Source: Atractiella rhizophila (taxonomy: Eukaryota). Taken from it: a stretch of 64,000 bases of DNA. Shown one piece after another: positions 52,311 through 64,000 of the stretch. Each line of letters begins with the position of its first letter. The first letter of the stretch is position 1. Below the pieces are notes generated by a model, which saw only the letters and a list, made by a program, of their open reading frames with translations, was not told the origin of the DNA and did no database searches. The DNA is taken from contig MU271375.1 of the NCBI GenBank assembly GCA_021432655.1, positions 1 to 64,000 on the forward strand, read 5' to 3'. Made by a program: the position numbers and the translations under genes.

Positions 52311-53459
52311 ATGGCTGACACACGACCGCAAAATCTAATAGACACTGATGATACTCTTGACGAGCCACCTGAGTATTCCAACATCGTCGCCCCACCGTTG
52401 TCTTCCACTTCCTTCGCCTCGACAACGATAACAGTAACTACACCATTGCATCGACCTCCAACTCCGCCCCGTCCCCCTTCTCCAGACGTAGAAATTGCTC
52501 TGCGCAACTTCAAGCAGACGCAGCCACCAACGAACCGCTTCGTCCTCACTTCGTCCGCCTCAAGGGAAGCCACAGTGGCATCTATCATCCTTGATCCTTC
52601 GGCTACACCTCCCGCCGATATCCTCTTTGACATCCCCCTCAAAGTCAGCACTGGTCCTTTGAAAGGGGAGGAGTTTCCGCCGAAGGGAAGGGGTATGCCT
52701 CGAGCCTGTTTGAGATACAATGGTAGTTGACCATCGGAGGCAACAGGTTATAATTCGGGAGCCTACGTTTTTTCGCGATACCACAAAGTGGAGACGACTT
52801 TCGTTATTAAAGGCGAGCGAGGAAGGAGTGGTGGACGTTGCGCAATCAACGTTGGCGCAAACTACGACGCAGTCGTCATAATTGCAAACTTCCGACATAA
52901 ATGCATCCAAATCTAACGACGGGAACTACAGTCATATCGATCTCCTCGTCAGAAGCTCGACATATCCGTCGACTCCTCCAACGGTTCGTTTTTCCACCCG
53001 TCTCGTCCAGTATAGAGCCTCCTGATCGAGAGGATAGGGGTGGCAAGAGTCTATCTCCCTCCAGACTTCGGAGGTATTGTAAATTTTAACCTGCATCATG
53101 GTTATGGGGGAAACACCATCAAGCCATCCGCAAAGATGAAGGATAGGGTTACAATCTACCACCAAGAGTCGAAAGGCGGCGTCGCCCACATTGTTCCTTC
53201 AAATGCCTCCGCTTCCGCTGCTCTTTCTAACGCTCCATCTTCCGGTGCATCTCGTGTCTCGACCTCGTCGGATCGACCGCTCACACCAGAAGAGCAAGAT
53301 TTGAAACTTCCCCCTGAGATTCTTGAGGAGATGCAAAGACCAATCCCTCCTCCAAAACTAAATCGCCATGGAGAAGTCTCCCTTGTTAGCGGAGGAAGCG
53401 ATACTTTGAAAATAAAAGGAAATAAGATTGAGATATTCAGTGCCGAGGAGTTGAATTAA
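52311..53459 (+). CDS. Uncharacterised basidiomycete protein (DUF7330-like, from recall), paralog 1
   Basis: 4 exons; PPEY motif; QPPTNRFVL..IILDPS..; LDISVDSSNG|VARVYLPPDF; GC donor at 52884; ends EELN*. Confidence 0.7.
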
Positions 53460-53982
53460 GTCGATTTGTACGTCATTTGCATCCGCAACTGGTTGGATGA
53501 ATCCTTTGTTTAGTTGCTTGGTCTGTAGCGATGTTCTTTTCTTGGTATCTATTCCACCATCAGCAAGAGGCGCAATGGTTTGAAGCAGAAGCAAACTGGA
53601 CATAGGTCTGCCTCCAGGAAGGGGAATCAAGTTTTTTATTGTTATTGTTGAGAATGCCTTCAATACCAGCAACGGACCCGACCATCTGCCCTCGCCATAA
53701 CATATACATAATACTCCATTCTTCTTTCTTCTCTACCAGAGATGTAATCCCGTGTCGGGCATTTTGATTGTATAACCCAGAACAACTTTCATGACCTTCC
53801 ATCAACACCTATTCCATGAACTTCTTGCCGGTAGAGCCCAAGTTTAACCGCAATGTCGAAATGGACTGACGCACTGTTGTGGCAATGGAGCGCTCAAATG
53901 ATTTTCTCAAAGAACCACTAGCAGTATTCCGGAACCTGCGTCCTTACAGTGGTATCGTCGCATTCTGACTCCAAACCCCCCA

Positions 53983-54116
53983 TTTTACAGGAAACAAAGG
54001 CGAGGTGCTTGCAGAACGATACGAGGAGACCTCAACCAGACTGTTCAAGTTCGAAGCGAGGTACGTGGAGGAGCCTTGCTTGCTCAGTGGTTCACTTTCT
54101 GTACCTTTGTCACCAT
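53983..54116 (-). pseudogene. Relic of RRP1 exon 1/intron 1 carried in the tandem duplication
   Basis: Matches 51701-51829 (gcagaacg.tacgaggag..ctcaaccagac; gttcgaagc.aggt; ctgtacct.tgtc.ccat); reads MVTKVQKVNH*. Confidence 0.75.
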
Positions 54117-54431
54117 AAAGGTGTATTTTGCGGAATAATGAAGGATGGGAGTGACCATGTATCGGAGGGACTGCGTTCTTCAACTCAATGTCTATCGTTG
54201 TTGATTACTTGTTAGCGATGTCGAAGCCAACGATGTTCCAGCCCTCATACCGCAATTGCGCAAGCCCCTCCCTCGCACAATCACTTTTGATGCTCCTTCC
54301 TCCAATTTCGAATAAGCTTTCAGTACCTTCAGTGTTCAGTAACGTTCAGTGCTGCAGTACTCAGTCTCAGTACATTGTGCGAAGTTCCCTTCCGCATTCC
54401 ACCACACGATTTGCGCGATTTGTCGAAACTG

Positions 54432-54442
54432 GCGGTATTACG
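54432..54442 (+). promoter_or_regulatory. Conserved upstream motif GCGGTATTACG (copy 2)
   Basis: Identical to the motifs at 52173 and 56103. Confidence 0.55.
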
Positions 54443-54561
54443 AAGGAGCCGGCTGCCTCCCGATGTGACTTGACCTCATCCTTTCCGTCTTTGTGCCAGA
54501 ATCGAGTGGGAGCGTTGGTTTAAAAGTCTTGACACTGAGTCTGGGTTCCACAAGCATCAAA

Positions 54562-55740
54562 ATGACTGACAAGCGACTGCAACCTCTGATAGACACTGAG
54601 GGGACTTTCGGACATGACACTCTCGAAGATCCACCCTCGTATTCCGAAATCGTTACGCCCTTGCCTTCCACTTCTTCCACCTCAACAGCAACCAGACCAT
54701 CTCAGGCTCGTCCCCCAACTCCACCTCGCTCCCCTTCCCCTGACCGAGATCGAGCGCTCCGTAACTTCAAGCAGACCCAACCACCCACGAATCGCTTCGT
54801 CCTAACTTCGTCTGGCTCAGAACAACCCACAGTGGCTTCTATCGTCCTCGATCCCTCGGCAACGCCTCCCGCTCATATTGTCTCTTCTATTCCTCTCAAA
54901 GTCAGCGCTGGTCCTTTGAAAGGGAAAGAGTTTCCACCCAAGGGCAAGGGTACGTATGAGTTTGCCTTCCAGATGTGAGGTGAAGCTGATCATCCAACCC
55001 GCAACAGGTTATAATTCAGGGGCCTACGTATTTTCACAATATCAGAAAGTGGAGACGACTTTCGTAATTAAGGGTGAAAAAGGAAGGAGCGGTGGACGTT
55101 GTGCATTGAACATTAGTGCACATTACGATGCGATAGTCACAATTGTAGGTTTTCACATAAATCCACGTCAAATCTAACGACGAGACCCCAGCCATACCGC
55201 TCTCCTCGCCAAAAACTGGATATTTCCGTCAACTCATCCTATGGTTTGTTGCCACCTATATGTCGTCCAGGAGCCTCCTGATCCAGAACTGTAGGGGCAG
55301 CAAGAGTCTACCTCCCTCCAGACTTCGACGGTATCGTCAATTTCAAGCTGAATTTTGGTTACCGAGAAAACACCATCAAACCTTCCGCAAAGATGAAGGG
55401 TCGGGTTACGATCTACCATCAAGAGTCGAAAGGCGGCATCGCCCACATTGTTCCTTCAGGTGCCTCCACTTCCTCCACACTCTCTAACACTACTTCTCCT
55501 ACCGCTTCCCGTGGTTCCTCCTCCATGGATCGACCGCGCGCATCAGGAACACAAGATTTAAAACTTCCTCCTGAGATCCTTGAGGAGATGCACCGACCTG
55601 TCCCTCCTCCAAAACCAAACCGGTATGGAGAAGTCTCGCTTGTTAGCGGAGGAAGTGATACATTGAACATGGAAGGGAATGAGATTGAGATATTTAGTGC
55701 TGAGGAGTTGAATCAAGTTGATTTGTGCGTCATTTGTTGA
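54562..55740 (+). CDS. Uncharacterised basidiomycete protein (DUF7330-like), paralog 2, intact, with C-terminal CaaX
   Basis: Same 4-exon layout, PPSY motif, canonical introns, ends ...QVDLCVIC*. Confidence 0.75.
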
Positions 55741-55867
55741 TCTTGACTCGTCCTCTACATTCGCCATTGCTGGCCAGACTCTCTTGTTCTGTTGCTTTGT
55801 TTCTTCTCGATCCCGTGGCTATAATCCTCAGTTTCGTTTCATCCTCATCCACAATGTTTCTACCAAG

Positions 55868-56065
55868 ATGAAGTGTAACCATATTATAGCGATATTCATT
55901 TCTTTGGCTTCCGTTCTCTCCCACCAACAGGCAGCGCACGGTTTGGAGCAGCGGCGGGTCGCCGGACAATTAGGTTTCCCTCAATTCAAGTGTCTTCAAC
56001 ACCAGCCGCTTCCATTGTTTCTCAAACAAGCCGCCATGATGCTGCATTCTTCAACTATTGATTAA
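55868..56065 (+). CDS. Possible small secreted peptide
   Basis: MKCNHIIAIFISLASVLSHQQAAHGLEQRR...: signal-peptide-like start, 65 aa, no recognised family. Confidence 0.25.
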   Translation: MKCNHIIAIFISLASVLSHQQAAHGLEQRRVAGQLGFPQFKCLQHQPLPLFLKQAAMMLHSSTID

Positions 56066-56102
56066 GCGCCATTGGTATGAGAGTACGTCAATTCAATTGA
56101 TT

Positions 56103-56113
56103 GCGGTATTACG
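56103..56113 (+). promoter_or_regulatory. Conserved upstream motif GCGGTATTACG (copy 3)
   Basis: Identical to the motifs at 52173 and 54432. Confidence 0.55.
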
Positions 56114-56189
56114 CCTTCCTCCTTGACGAACTTGGGCCCTCCTCGTCCATCAAGTTCACAGGCTGTTGATTGCGCAAAGGCTTTACAAG

Positions 56190-57315
56190 ATGACTGACAA
56201 AGGACTGCAAGCATCTCTGATAGACACAGATGATACTCCTGAAGAGCCACCACCATATTCTGAGCCAACGTCCCCTCCGATAATGACAACCGTGGTACCT
56301 CCTCATACTTGCTCATAAACGCCGCCCCCTCGTTCCCTTTCTCTCGACCTGGATGTAGTCTTTCGGAAGTTCAAGCAGACCCAGCCACCCACAAATCGCT
56401 TCGTCCTCACCTCATCCTGGGCTGCCCCAAATAAGCCAACCCTCACTTCAATCATCCTGGATCCCTCTGCTACACCTCCCGCCCACATCATCTCTTCTAT
56501 CCCTCTCAAGGTTAGTGCAGGCCCTATGAAAGGGAATGAGTTTCCGCCCAAGGGAAAGGGTACGTACACGTTGCTCTCAAGACTGGGAGACAAGTTCAGG
56601 CGAGGTGAGGTGGCAGGTTATAACTCTGGAGCGTATATTTATTCGGGTTGGCAGAAAGCGGATGCGACCTTCATAGTCAGAGGTGAGCAAGAGAGCAGAG
56701 GTGGGCGTTGTGCAATAAATGTTAGCGCGCAGTACGATGCTACTGTCACAATTGTAAGGAATTTGACAAGACCTATTCTGATCTAATAACGGTACTACAG
56801 GTATATCGTTCTCCTCAGCAACGGCTGGACATCTCTGTTACTTCCACCTTTGGTTTGTGCCATTCGCTCTCGTCCACCCCTGGTGTTCTGATCCAGGATG
56901 GATTGCAGGGGTAGCACGAGTTTACCTCCCTCCGGACTTCGCAGGCGTCCTAGATTTCAGACTGAAATATCCTCACAAACAAAACGCCATCAAGCCGTCC
57001 GCAAAGATGAAAGACCGAGTTACAATATACCAACCCGACTCAAACTGTAGCATCGCACACATCCTTCCTTCAGGCCCCGCCAAACCAACCTCACCTCTCC
57101 CGGTTGCTTCTTCCTCTCGATGTACTTCTTCCTGCTCATCGATGTCAGATTTAAAACTTCCTGTGGAGATTCTTAGAAAGATGGATGAACCCATTCTTTC
57201 GCCGAAGCTGAGCCGCTACGGAGAAGTCGTGCTCGTTAGCGGACAAGACACGCTGAAAATGGAAGGGACTGAGATCGAGGTGCTTGATGCTGAGGAGTTG
57301 AATCAAGACATTTGA
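56190..57315 (+). pseudogene. Paralog 3 of the DUF7330-like family with one in-frame stop
   Basis: PPPY motif; TAA at 56316-56318 in exon 1; the remaining exons and splice sites look intact; ends ELNQDI*. Confidence 0.7.
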
Positions 57316-57502
57316 TTGTGGTCTTCTTTTACCTTCTTGTCTCCGTGCATGGCCACTGTGTCTGACGTGTACTGTTATTTATCCGCTTGTCACTGATATT
57401 TGTGGTATTCAGCTGAGCCAAGTCATTTAAATAGCCAATAATCGGCTAAGTTCCCTCCATCAACAAGAAGCACATCACATTGTCACAGGTAAAGGAGCAG
57501 AT

Positions 57503-58355
57503 TCAGCTCTCTGTGCCATCAGGGTTCAGAGTTATATCTGCTTCTATCTCATTTGAAGCAATAACATCAACCTCTGCATTTTCAGATCCAATGATACCGC
57601 TCTCTGAATCATCTAAGTCACCAAAAAGGAGATCTCCCCAGTTACCGGAAGACATTGCCCGTTTCTGCATGATAACGGTTAGGTCTTTTAGTTGTGTCAG
57701 ACAGGAACGCACTGTTTTCCAGATGCGATGAGGAATGATCTTCAAGTTCTGAGGATCATTTAATGCCTTCACGAAACCTTCAATCAACTCGGGGGTGAGT
57801 TGACTGAGGTGGTATCAGACAATGGCGCCAGACAAATGAACATACTCACTCTTCTGTCGTGGCCCCTTGACTGTTCAAAAACTGAACGGTTTGGTCCGGA
57901 TCCATGACAAAGTCAACCCTACAAGGTCAGGTAACTTTACGTTGATGTTGTCATATTAAAAACGAGGACATACGCAAAACCCTTTGGCAGAATGCCAGCT
58001 TCTTGGACGCCTTCAGGTAAAGGTACTGTTTGCCACTTGTGCTCCTCGTCTTGAATCATCATAGTACCACTTGCGAGAGCTATTTCCACGTAGTTCGGGG
58101 CCATAAAGGTCTCTCGTGTTATTAGAGGACCTCCCACCGATGGAGGGAAAGGGGAGCGAACTATAACAACCGGGATGCGGATTGGTGGTGAGTACTATGC
58201 ACTGCACTATAAAATATCATAAAGAGCCACTCACACGTTCGCTGATTGTACCACAAGTAAACGACCAGCCCATAGACACTCCACCGAATGAAGCGTCGCG
58301 TTGGGACGTAACGAAAAAAGATGTAGAGAAACACTAAGACAAAAATGTAGTTCAT
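57503..58355 (-). CDS. Hypothetical protein with an N-terminal hydrophobic (membrane) segment
   Basis: ORFs 58161-58373, 57937-58137 and 57503-57787 linked by short GT-AG introns. Confidence 0.5.
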
Positions 58356-58690
58356 TCTGTTTGAATATTTCAATACGAGTATCCGGGTCTTAGGCTGACC
58401 ACGCCGGGTTTAGGTGTCGACAGACGAAACGAAATACTATACTGCAGTGGAATTCGGGATTTTGAATAAGTGGGAAGTGAGTACTAGTGAGTGGTCGATG
58501 CAAAATCATGATGTTTATTTCAGGAGCAGGAGCGAACAATATTGCTATAATTTGCATAGAATGCGGCGTAAACCTTGTCGACGTAAATAAGTTTACTCCG
58601 CAAATGTGTGAAGCCAAGTGAAAGAAAAGCTTCCTCAGGAGGAAGTCGTGCGGAGCCGGAGCGCAGAGTGTCATAGCTTTCGCGCTCTCG

Positions 58691-59960
58691 CTACGTCTTC
58701 CTTCCAAAGAAGTGATGAAACACGCTCTAATTATGAAGCATAAGCCCATCTTCCGTGAGATGAAAGGGAACAGACCATGGTAGTCCACTTCCTGTTCTCC
58801 GCTTCCTGGAAGACGAAACTCCTCTTGCCAAAGAAAACTTCGTCATCAACTTCCTGCGGTTTTCTAGGTAGACAATGTGCGAACTTGAGATAATAGTGAG
58901 TCCAAAGCCCAAAAGGTGAAAGTGGAACAACGGCTAACTTTCCAATCCTTCTTCGCTCCACCTTTGCGGCAAAGCTCCTCTGTCACTTGATATCCAGCGA
59001 AATCTTTCAGGCGACTTTCCTTTTCCGCCTCTTGTCCCATTGAAATCCTGGTTAGAGAGCGTCAGAGAAGCCAAAGGGAAAGTGGAGATAACAAGTACCA
59101 AGTATCAGTAACTACTACATCGGCACCATTCACAGCTTCATACGGGTCGTGTGTAAACAATACCTCTCCATTGGCAGCGCCGGTCTCCTGTTCCCCATCC
59201 TCCATCCTGGCGATCACTTGGGTGTCAAAATTATACCCTTTCGGTGTAGCGACTTTTAGATGAATGCCTAGACGTGGCATAATTACAAGCATCTCATTGA
59301 CAATATTGTTCACATCTCCAACCCAAGCCACGGTCATTCCCTTGAGGCTTGACAAGTGAGGGGAGAAAGTATCGCGTGTCTCCAGAAGCGCGTGGAGATG
59401 GGCGAGAATCTGAGTTGGATGGCAGAGATCGGTAAGGGCATTGATCACAGGCTTGGAGGAATTCTGTGCAAGAGTCAAAATATCCTCGTGAGGGCCCAAG
59501 CGAGCCATGATCCCGTCAGTCATGCCTGAAATGATCACAGCGGAGTCTTCGAGTGATTCATTCACTCCGAGCTGGATATCGGATGCTCCGAGAAATGTGG
59601 GATGGGCACCTGAACTCAGTTTAGAGGTTCAATTCCAAAGAATTTGCAAAGAAAACTACCTAACAGAGCAGCAGCGCTTTCGCTGGCGACGCGAGTTCTA
59701 GTGCTCCTTTTTGAGAAAAGGAGCGATATAGTCTTCCCATCAAGTGGTTTGAACCCCTGGGAGTCGGTTGAGCGAAACCTTTCTTTGTAGTCGATAGCGG
59801 TTCGGATGAGAGACTGAATCTGAGGAACGGTCAGGTCGGCGAGAGTAAGGAGGTCTCGCGGGAAAGGTGTGGGAGGACTGAAAGGAGGTAGTTGGGTGTT
59901 CCCGCTAAGGGCTTTGATGGAGGTCGAAAAAGCCCGAGCTGAATAGCAAGATCGAAACAT
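58691..59960 (-). CDS. ARG3: Ornithine carbamoyltransferase with a mitochondrial-type presequence
   Basis: [55 protein letters not shown]. Confidence 0.96.
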
Positions 59961-60604
59961 CTTGATGATGAACTAGAAAGAATATTAGCGAAAGCGGACA
60001 TGAGTCCCCATTTATTGATGAAGTAAACGACACGAATCAACTTGACTCCTCCTACTCACTCACTCAGGCCGGCCGTGTGCATGCAGCACTTCCCTTTTTA
60101 ATCTCACTATTCGCCCCAACGTCTTCAAGGCCTCCACCTGCTCCAACTGTCTGGAGACCGACACCTACCATCTGAGACTGTAGCCACTCTCCTGGGATAA
60201 CAATTCCCACTGGTAGACGGGAACACAGAGATGCTTGTTTATTGCACCGCATCATCAATCCATCCATATGAAAGGGATGTGCGCTTTCGACTAACAGGTT
60301 TGAATAGCCTCACGTAGAGTATTGGTTTCGATTAGTTGCCTCACGAAAACGTAACCTCAGGAAGACAGCATTCCAATCCTCGAAGGCAACCTCTCACCCA
60401 CCTCAGCATCACGACAAAATCCCTTCCATTTCATTTCGACCCCCACGCATCATGTTAACCATTCTTCGACTCATTACTCCAAGCCCGCATTATCTCGCTT
60501 TCGTCCTTGGTCTTTCAAGGCAAGTGCCGGCGGACGGAATTGATGGAATATCGTGATCGTGAGTGTGAAGCAACTTACAGGAACATTGCAGTGAATCCTT
60601 CTCG

Positions 60605-61758
60605 ATGCCATCTTTCAATGCGCCACGGACAAAGATACAGATTAAGCTGTGTCTGACGCGAATCAAGTTGCTGATACAGAAGAAGAATGCTCTTGCCAAA
60701 GCTCAAAGGAGGGCCATCGCCCAATTCCTGGAAGGTGGGAAGATCGAGGTGAGCCCGCTCATTAATGTTGATTGCGTGGTAAGGGTGTTGGTAGACGGCC
60801 ACCATTCGAACCGAGACCATAATAAATGGTATGCCTTGGTATCCTACTTTGGGAATGTCACGAACAATTTGTGCAAGATGATCTTCATGTCGAGTTGCTT
60901 GAAGTCCTTGAGCTCTACCTCGAAGTGCTAACTGCACGATTTGGCCTTCTGGAAACCCAAAGGTACGCCGTCGCGACTCTTGAACCCTCGCTCATCGATG
61001 GCTAGATAGAGAATGCGATCCTGGCATCTCCGATGCTGTTTGTGGGATCATCTACGCTGCTGGTAGGACGGAGATGAAGGAGCTCCATACCCTCCGTGAG
61101 ATGGTGTGTTTTCATTCTGTACTCTGATTGAGTTACAACGGAAATGCAGCTCATGGCAAAGTTTGGTCGTGAGTTTGCGGTGGCAGTAATGGAAAATCAA
61201 GACAACTGTGTCCCAAATCGTGTATGTTCGATTTCACTCGTTTCCTCTGCTTTGCGCTCAACCATTGGCAGGTTACTTCAAAGCTGACAACCGAAACACC
61301 ATCTTCAACACTTGTAGATGCGTATATGTATGAGATCGCGAAGGCATATGGGGTCAACTTCAAACCAGAGAGCGTCAAGGAAGAGGAAGATGTTGCCGCG
61401 TCGCTGTCCAAGCCAGAATCGGTGGCAAGTATTACCCCTAAAGTCACTCTGTGGTCTAAATGTGTGACAGCCGAAAGCTCTCGACAAGACTGCAACCGCC
61501 GCCTTTGCGAGCACCTTGCAGAATCCAGCTTCAGATGTTCCAAAGTTGCCTAATGTTAATCCAACTGATCCGAAGGATATGGGACAGACTACAGGTTCGG
61601 CAAAGGAGGGCCCGGGCGTTGCAGCTACTGAGCCATCTAAAGTGCCTAAAGGAGGTGGGGATGATCTAAATGTGAGTATGTAGTCATTAGAGTGAGGTCG
61701 AGCTGACGATGACTTATAGGATTTGATGAAAAGACTGGAAGCCCTCAAGAAGAGGTAA
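60605..61758 (+). CDS. IST1: ESCRT-III-associated Vps4 regulator Ist1
   Basis: KIQIKLCLTRIKLLIQKK..RRAIAQFLE.GK, ELLEVLELYLEVL.ARFGLL, IIYAAGRTEMKEL, C-terminal MIM DLMKRLEALKKR*. Confidence 0.92.
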
Positions 61759-61957
61759 ATGTAAGCTTGATATTGCCAAATCCGTCACCATTGTCTACGC
61801 GATTCAGTATGTACGATTTACTTTTCTATTCTACAAACGTATCCTTCCAATGACTTTATTACTTAAACGTAAATTGAGGTACGGATCGCTATTGTCCAGA
61901 CGAAAGTGTTCCTGAAAGTGAAAACGAGAGTCCTTTCTCCCAGAAGGTAGCCCTTAA

Positions 61958-64000
61958 TCAAGCAATGACACAATCTGAGTCGTCCTTCCCCTTCTTCCCC
62001 TTCTTTAGTGCTTCTTTCGTCATTTTCTCCCTGTCGACACCCGCTTCAGGAGCATAGCGATCCGCTGCGGATGCATATTGCGACTTCAATCTGTTGATGG
62101 CTCGCTTATCGCCGTGAGTCGCTGCCTTCCTAAACCAGGAGAGAGCCTCCCTCCCATCTTTCGGAGTCCCAATACCAACCTGCCCCATCGTAAGCAAGCG
62201 GCCAGGATGCATAAAACACTACCTACCTCAAAAAAATAACCCACTGCATATTCCGCTTTAGGCAGCCCTTTCTCTGCGGCCTTCCTAGCCCAAAGGTACG
62301 CCTCTGTGTCTGATTGGGGAAGGACTCCAGGAGAACCGACGAGATACCAAGCTGTCAGAGCAAAGCACGCTTCTGGATGGTCTTGTTGAGCAGCAATGTC
62401 TGATCCAGATGAAAGTTAACCCTTCATCTTTCCAAAAAAGGATAACAAACTGTAGTAATGAATGCTGAGTGCTGGATCTTGCGGACAGCCCATCTTGCCG
62501 TACTCATAACATTCTCCAAGCTTGTACGCAGATGGAGCCCAATTCAATTCTGCACTCCTTGCCAAAAGCTCAGCAGCGTATTCAAGGTCCTATCAACCAT
62601 CTCTATCAGATCAGCAGCCTACAAGGGTTAATGAAACGGACAATGAAGACTACGTTATCGATGCCCCGTTCGTGAATCAAAGCAAGTTCGTGTAGAGGTT
62701 GTGGTACTGGCGGGTCCACAGAATCTGCATATTCAGCAGCTCGTTTAAGCCACTTTACTCCTTCCTTCGGCTTCTTGCTGAGACCCAACTCGCCATTCAG
62801 TTCCGCCAGTCCAAGACGATACATTGCGGATGGGTGGGACATGGCAGCCGCTTTACTGTGAAACGTCGTAAAGGACAGAATCAAGACGAAAGCATCTAGC
62901 TAACCGGTAGAATTGGATGGCTTTTCCAAACTCTTTGCGACATCCCCATCCATTCTCGCAACATTGACCTGCCCGGAAACAGCCGTCCGCGTGTCCATGC
63001 TTAGCCGCCAGCATAAAAAGAGGGAAAGCTTTGTCATAGTCCCGTTTGCCCTATAACAGATCAGATACAATACAGCACGAGTGTGGGACAAACTTTGGCA
63101 GTTCCAATACCTTGGCTGTATAAATCGGCGAGGAGATATTGGGCCGCTACATGACCTCGACTTGCTATACGGCCCAACAAAGATGTGGACTCAAGAATAA
63201 GCGCATCTCGTTTCTGTTTCTCCCGTTGTTTATTCGGATCCAACTCCCGCACGACTTCCATCACGAAGCAAGCAAATTCGAACATGAGATCCGGATCGTT
63301 GGTCTTTTTCGCATTTGCTCGGTATTGTTCCAATGTTGTATCATAATTCAAAAGCTTGACTCTTTCTCCTGGCTTGAGATGGGAATGATCGAGGAGCTGA
63401 GCAGCCGTAGGGAATGGTGGAAGTTCACCTTCCTCCGGTCGTGGAAAGTATCCAGAGGCTGACTGTGAAGCCGCATGTTGTCGAAGATTCTGCAAAGAGT
63501 CGCTACCTCGCATTCCCCTCAAATCTCGATGACTCGAAGAGGCAGGAGGAGGCGACTCTCGCCTGTAAGTATCGAAGGGAGGACGTCGAGGACTTTGTCG
63601 AAACTGTCCAAGGTCATGTGCGGACTGATTTTGTACATGTCCCTCCAAACCGTAGAAGCTCGAAGGACGAGGGGGATCTTGTTGCGAGATTGAGCTGGAC
63701 CGATGCGGATCTGCAGAAACGTCCGGACGTTGGTAAGGAGGTTGGAGCGGGGTGGAACCGATGCCTGGAGAGGCATTCATGAGGGACGCTAGCGTAGGAC
63801 CTCCAGGCGGTTGTTGTCGTGGCGGTCTTGTCTGAGTTAGCTCCTCCTCCTCCCTTCTTGGCTCTTGCCCCATACCTCCATTCATGGTCCCATTTCCCAA
63901 GAAAGTTGATTGCCTCGACGGTTCATGTACCTGATCATGCTGTCTCGAGTAAAACTCTTCCTCTCCTCCCTGGCCGTAGTAGGAGTCTCGCGGTGATGGC
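61958..64000 (-). CDS. Chitin synthase regulator Chs4/Skt5-like (Sel1 repeats, CaaX); 5' end beyond the window
   Basis: TLEQYRANAKKTNDPDLMFEFA, GHVAAQYLLAD, AMYRLGLAELNGELG, EGVKWLKRAAE, C-terminal CVIA*. Confidence 0.88.

Noticed and set aside
59831..60040. Upstream ORF overlapping the OTC start (attenuator-like)
   Set aside because: Its ATG lies in what looks like a 5' UTR intron (gtgagt...gctaat...ttctag), and it has no similarity to the arginine attenuator peptide.

Overview
Intron-dense, gene-rich fungal DNA; the protein families and 45-60 nt GT-AG introns suggest a basidiomycete (inference). About 24 multi-exon genes can be read. They are a Zn2Cys6 transcription factor, an Hv1 proton channel, an EF-hand-like protein, an importin-5-like karyopherin, a bHLH TF, an aldo-keto reductase, PheRS alpha, a Pil1-like BAR protein, a Scc4/MAU2-like protein, an HMG-box TF, NIPSNAP, ALG9, an S10 peptidase-family hydrolase plus its decayed paralog, Cmr1/WDR76, MNS1, RRP1, three tandem paralogs of an uncharacterised family, OTC, IST1, a Chs4/Skt5-like Sel1-repeat protein and several hypotheticals. 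The most striking signal is the ~1.9 kb block right of the first N gap (2106-~3986). It is mirror-written, i.e. reversed without complementing, and its plain complement read left to right gives the missing Zn2Cys6 exons of the gene left of the gap. This block, two ~0.8-0.9 kb tandem duplications with identical ends and SNP-rich middles, and several homopolymer frameshifts are most likely assembly or handling artefacts. The best biological leads are the tandem PY-motif/CaaX gene triplet with a shared upstream motif, an S10 hydrolase lacking the carboxylate-binding residues, an HMG box with an insertion, an OTC Asp-to-His change and unusually long introns. Exon boundaries and family calls were made by eye, with no database search.
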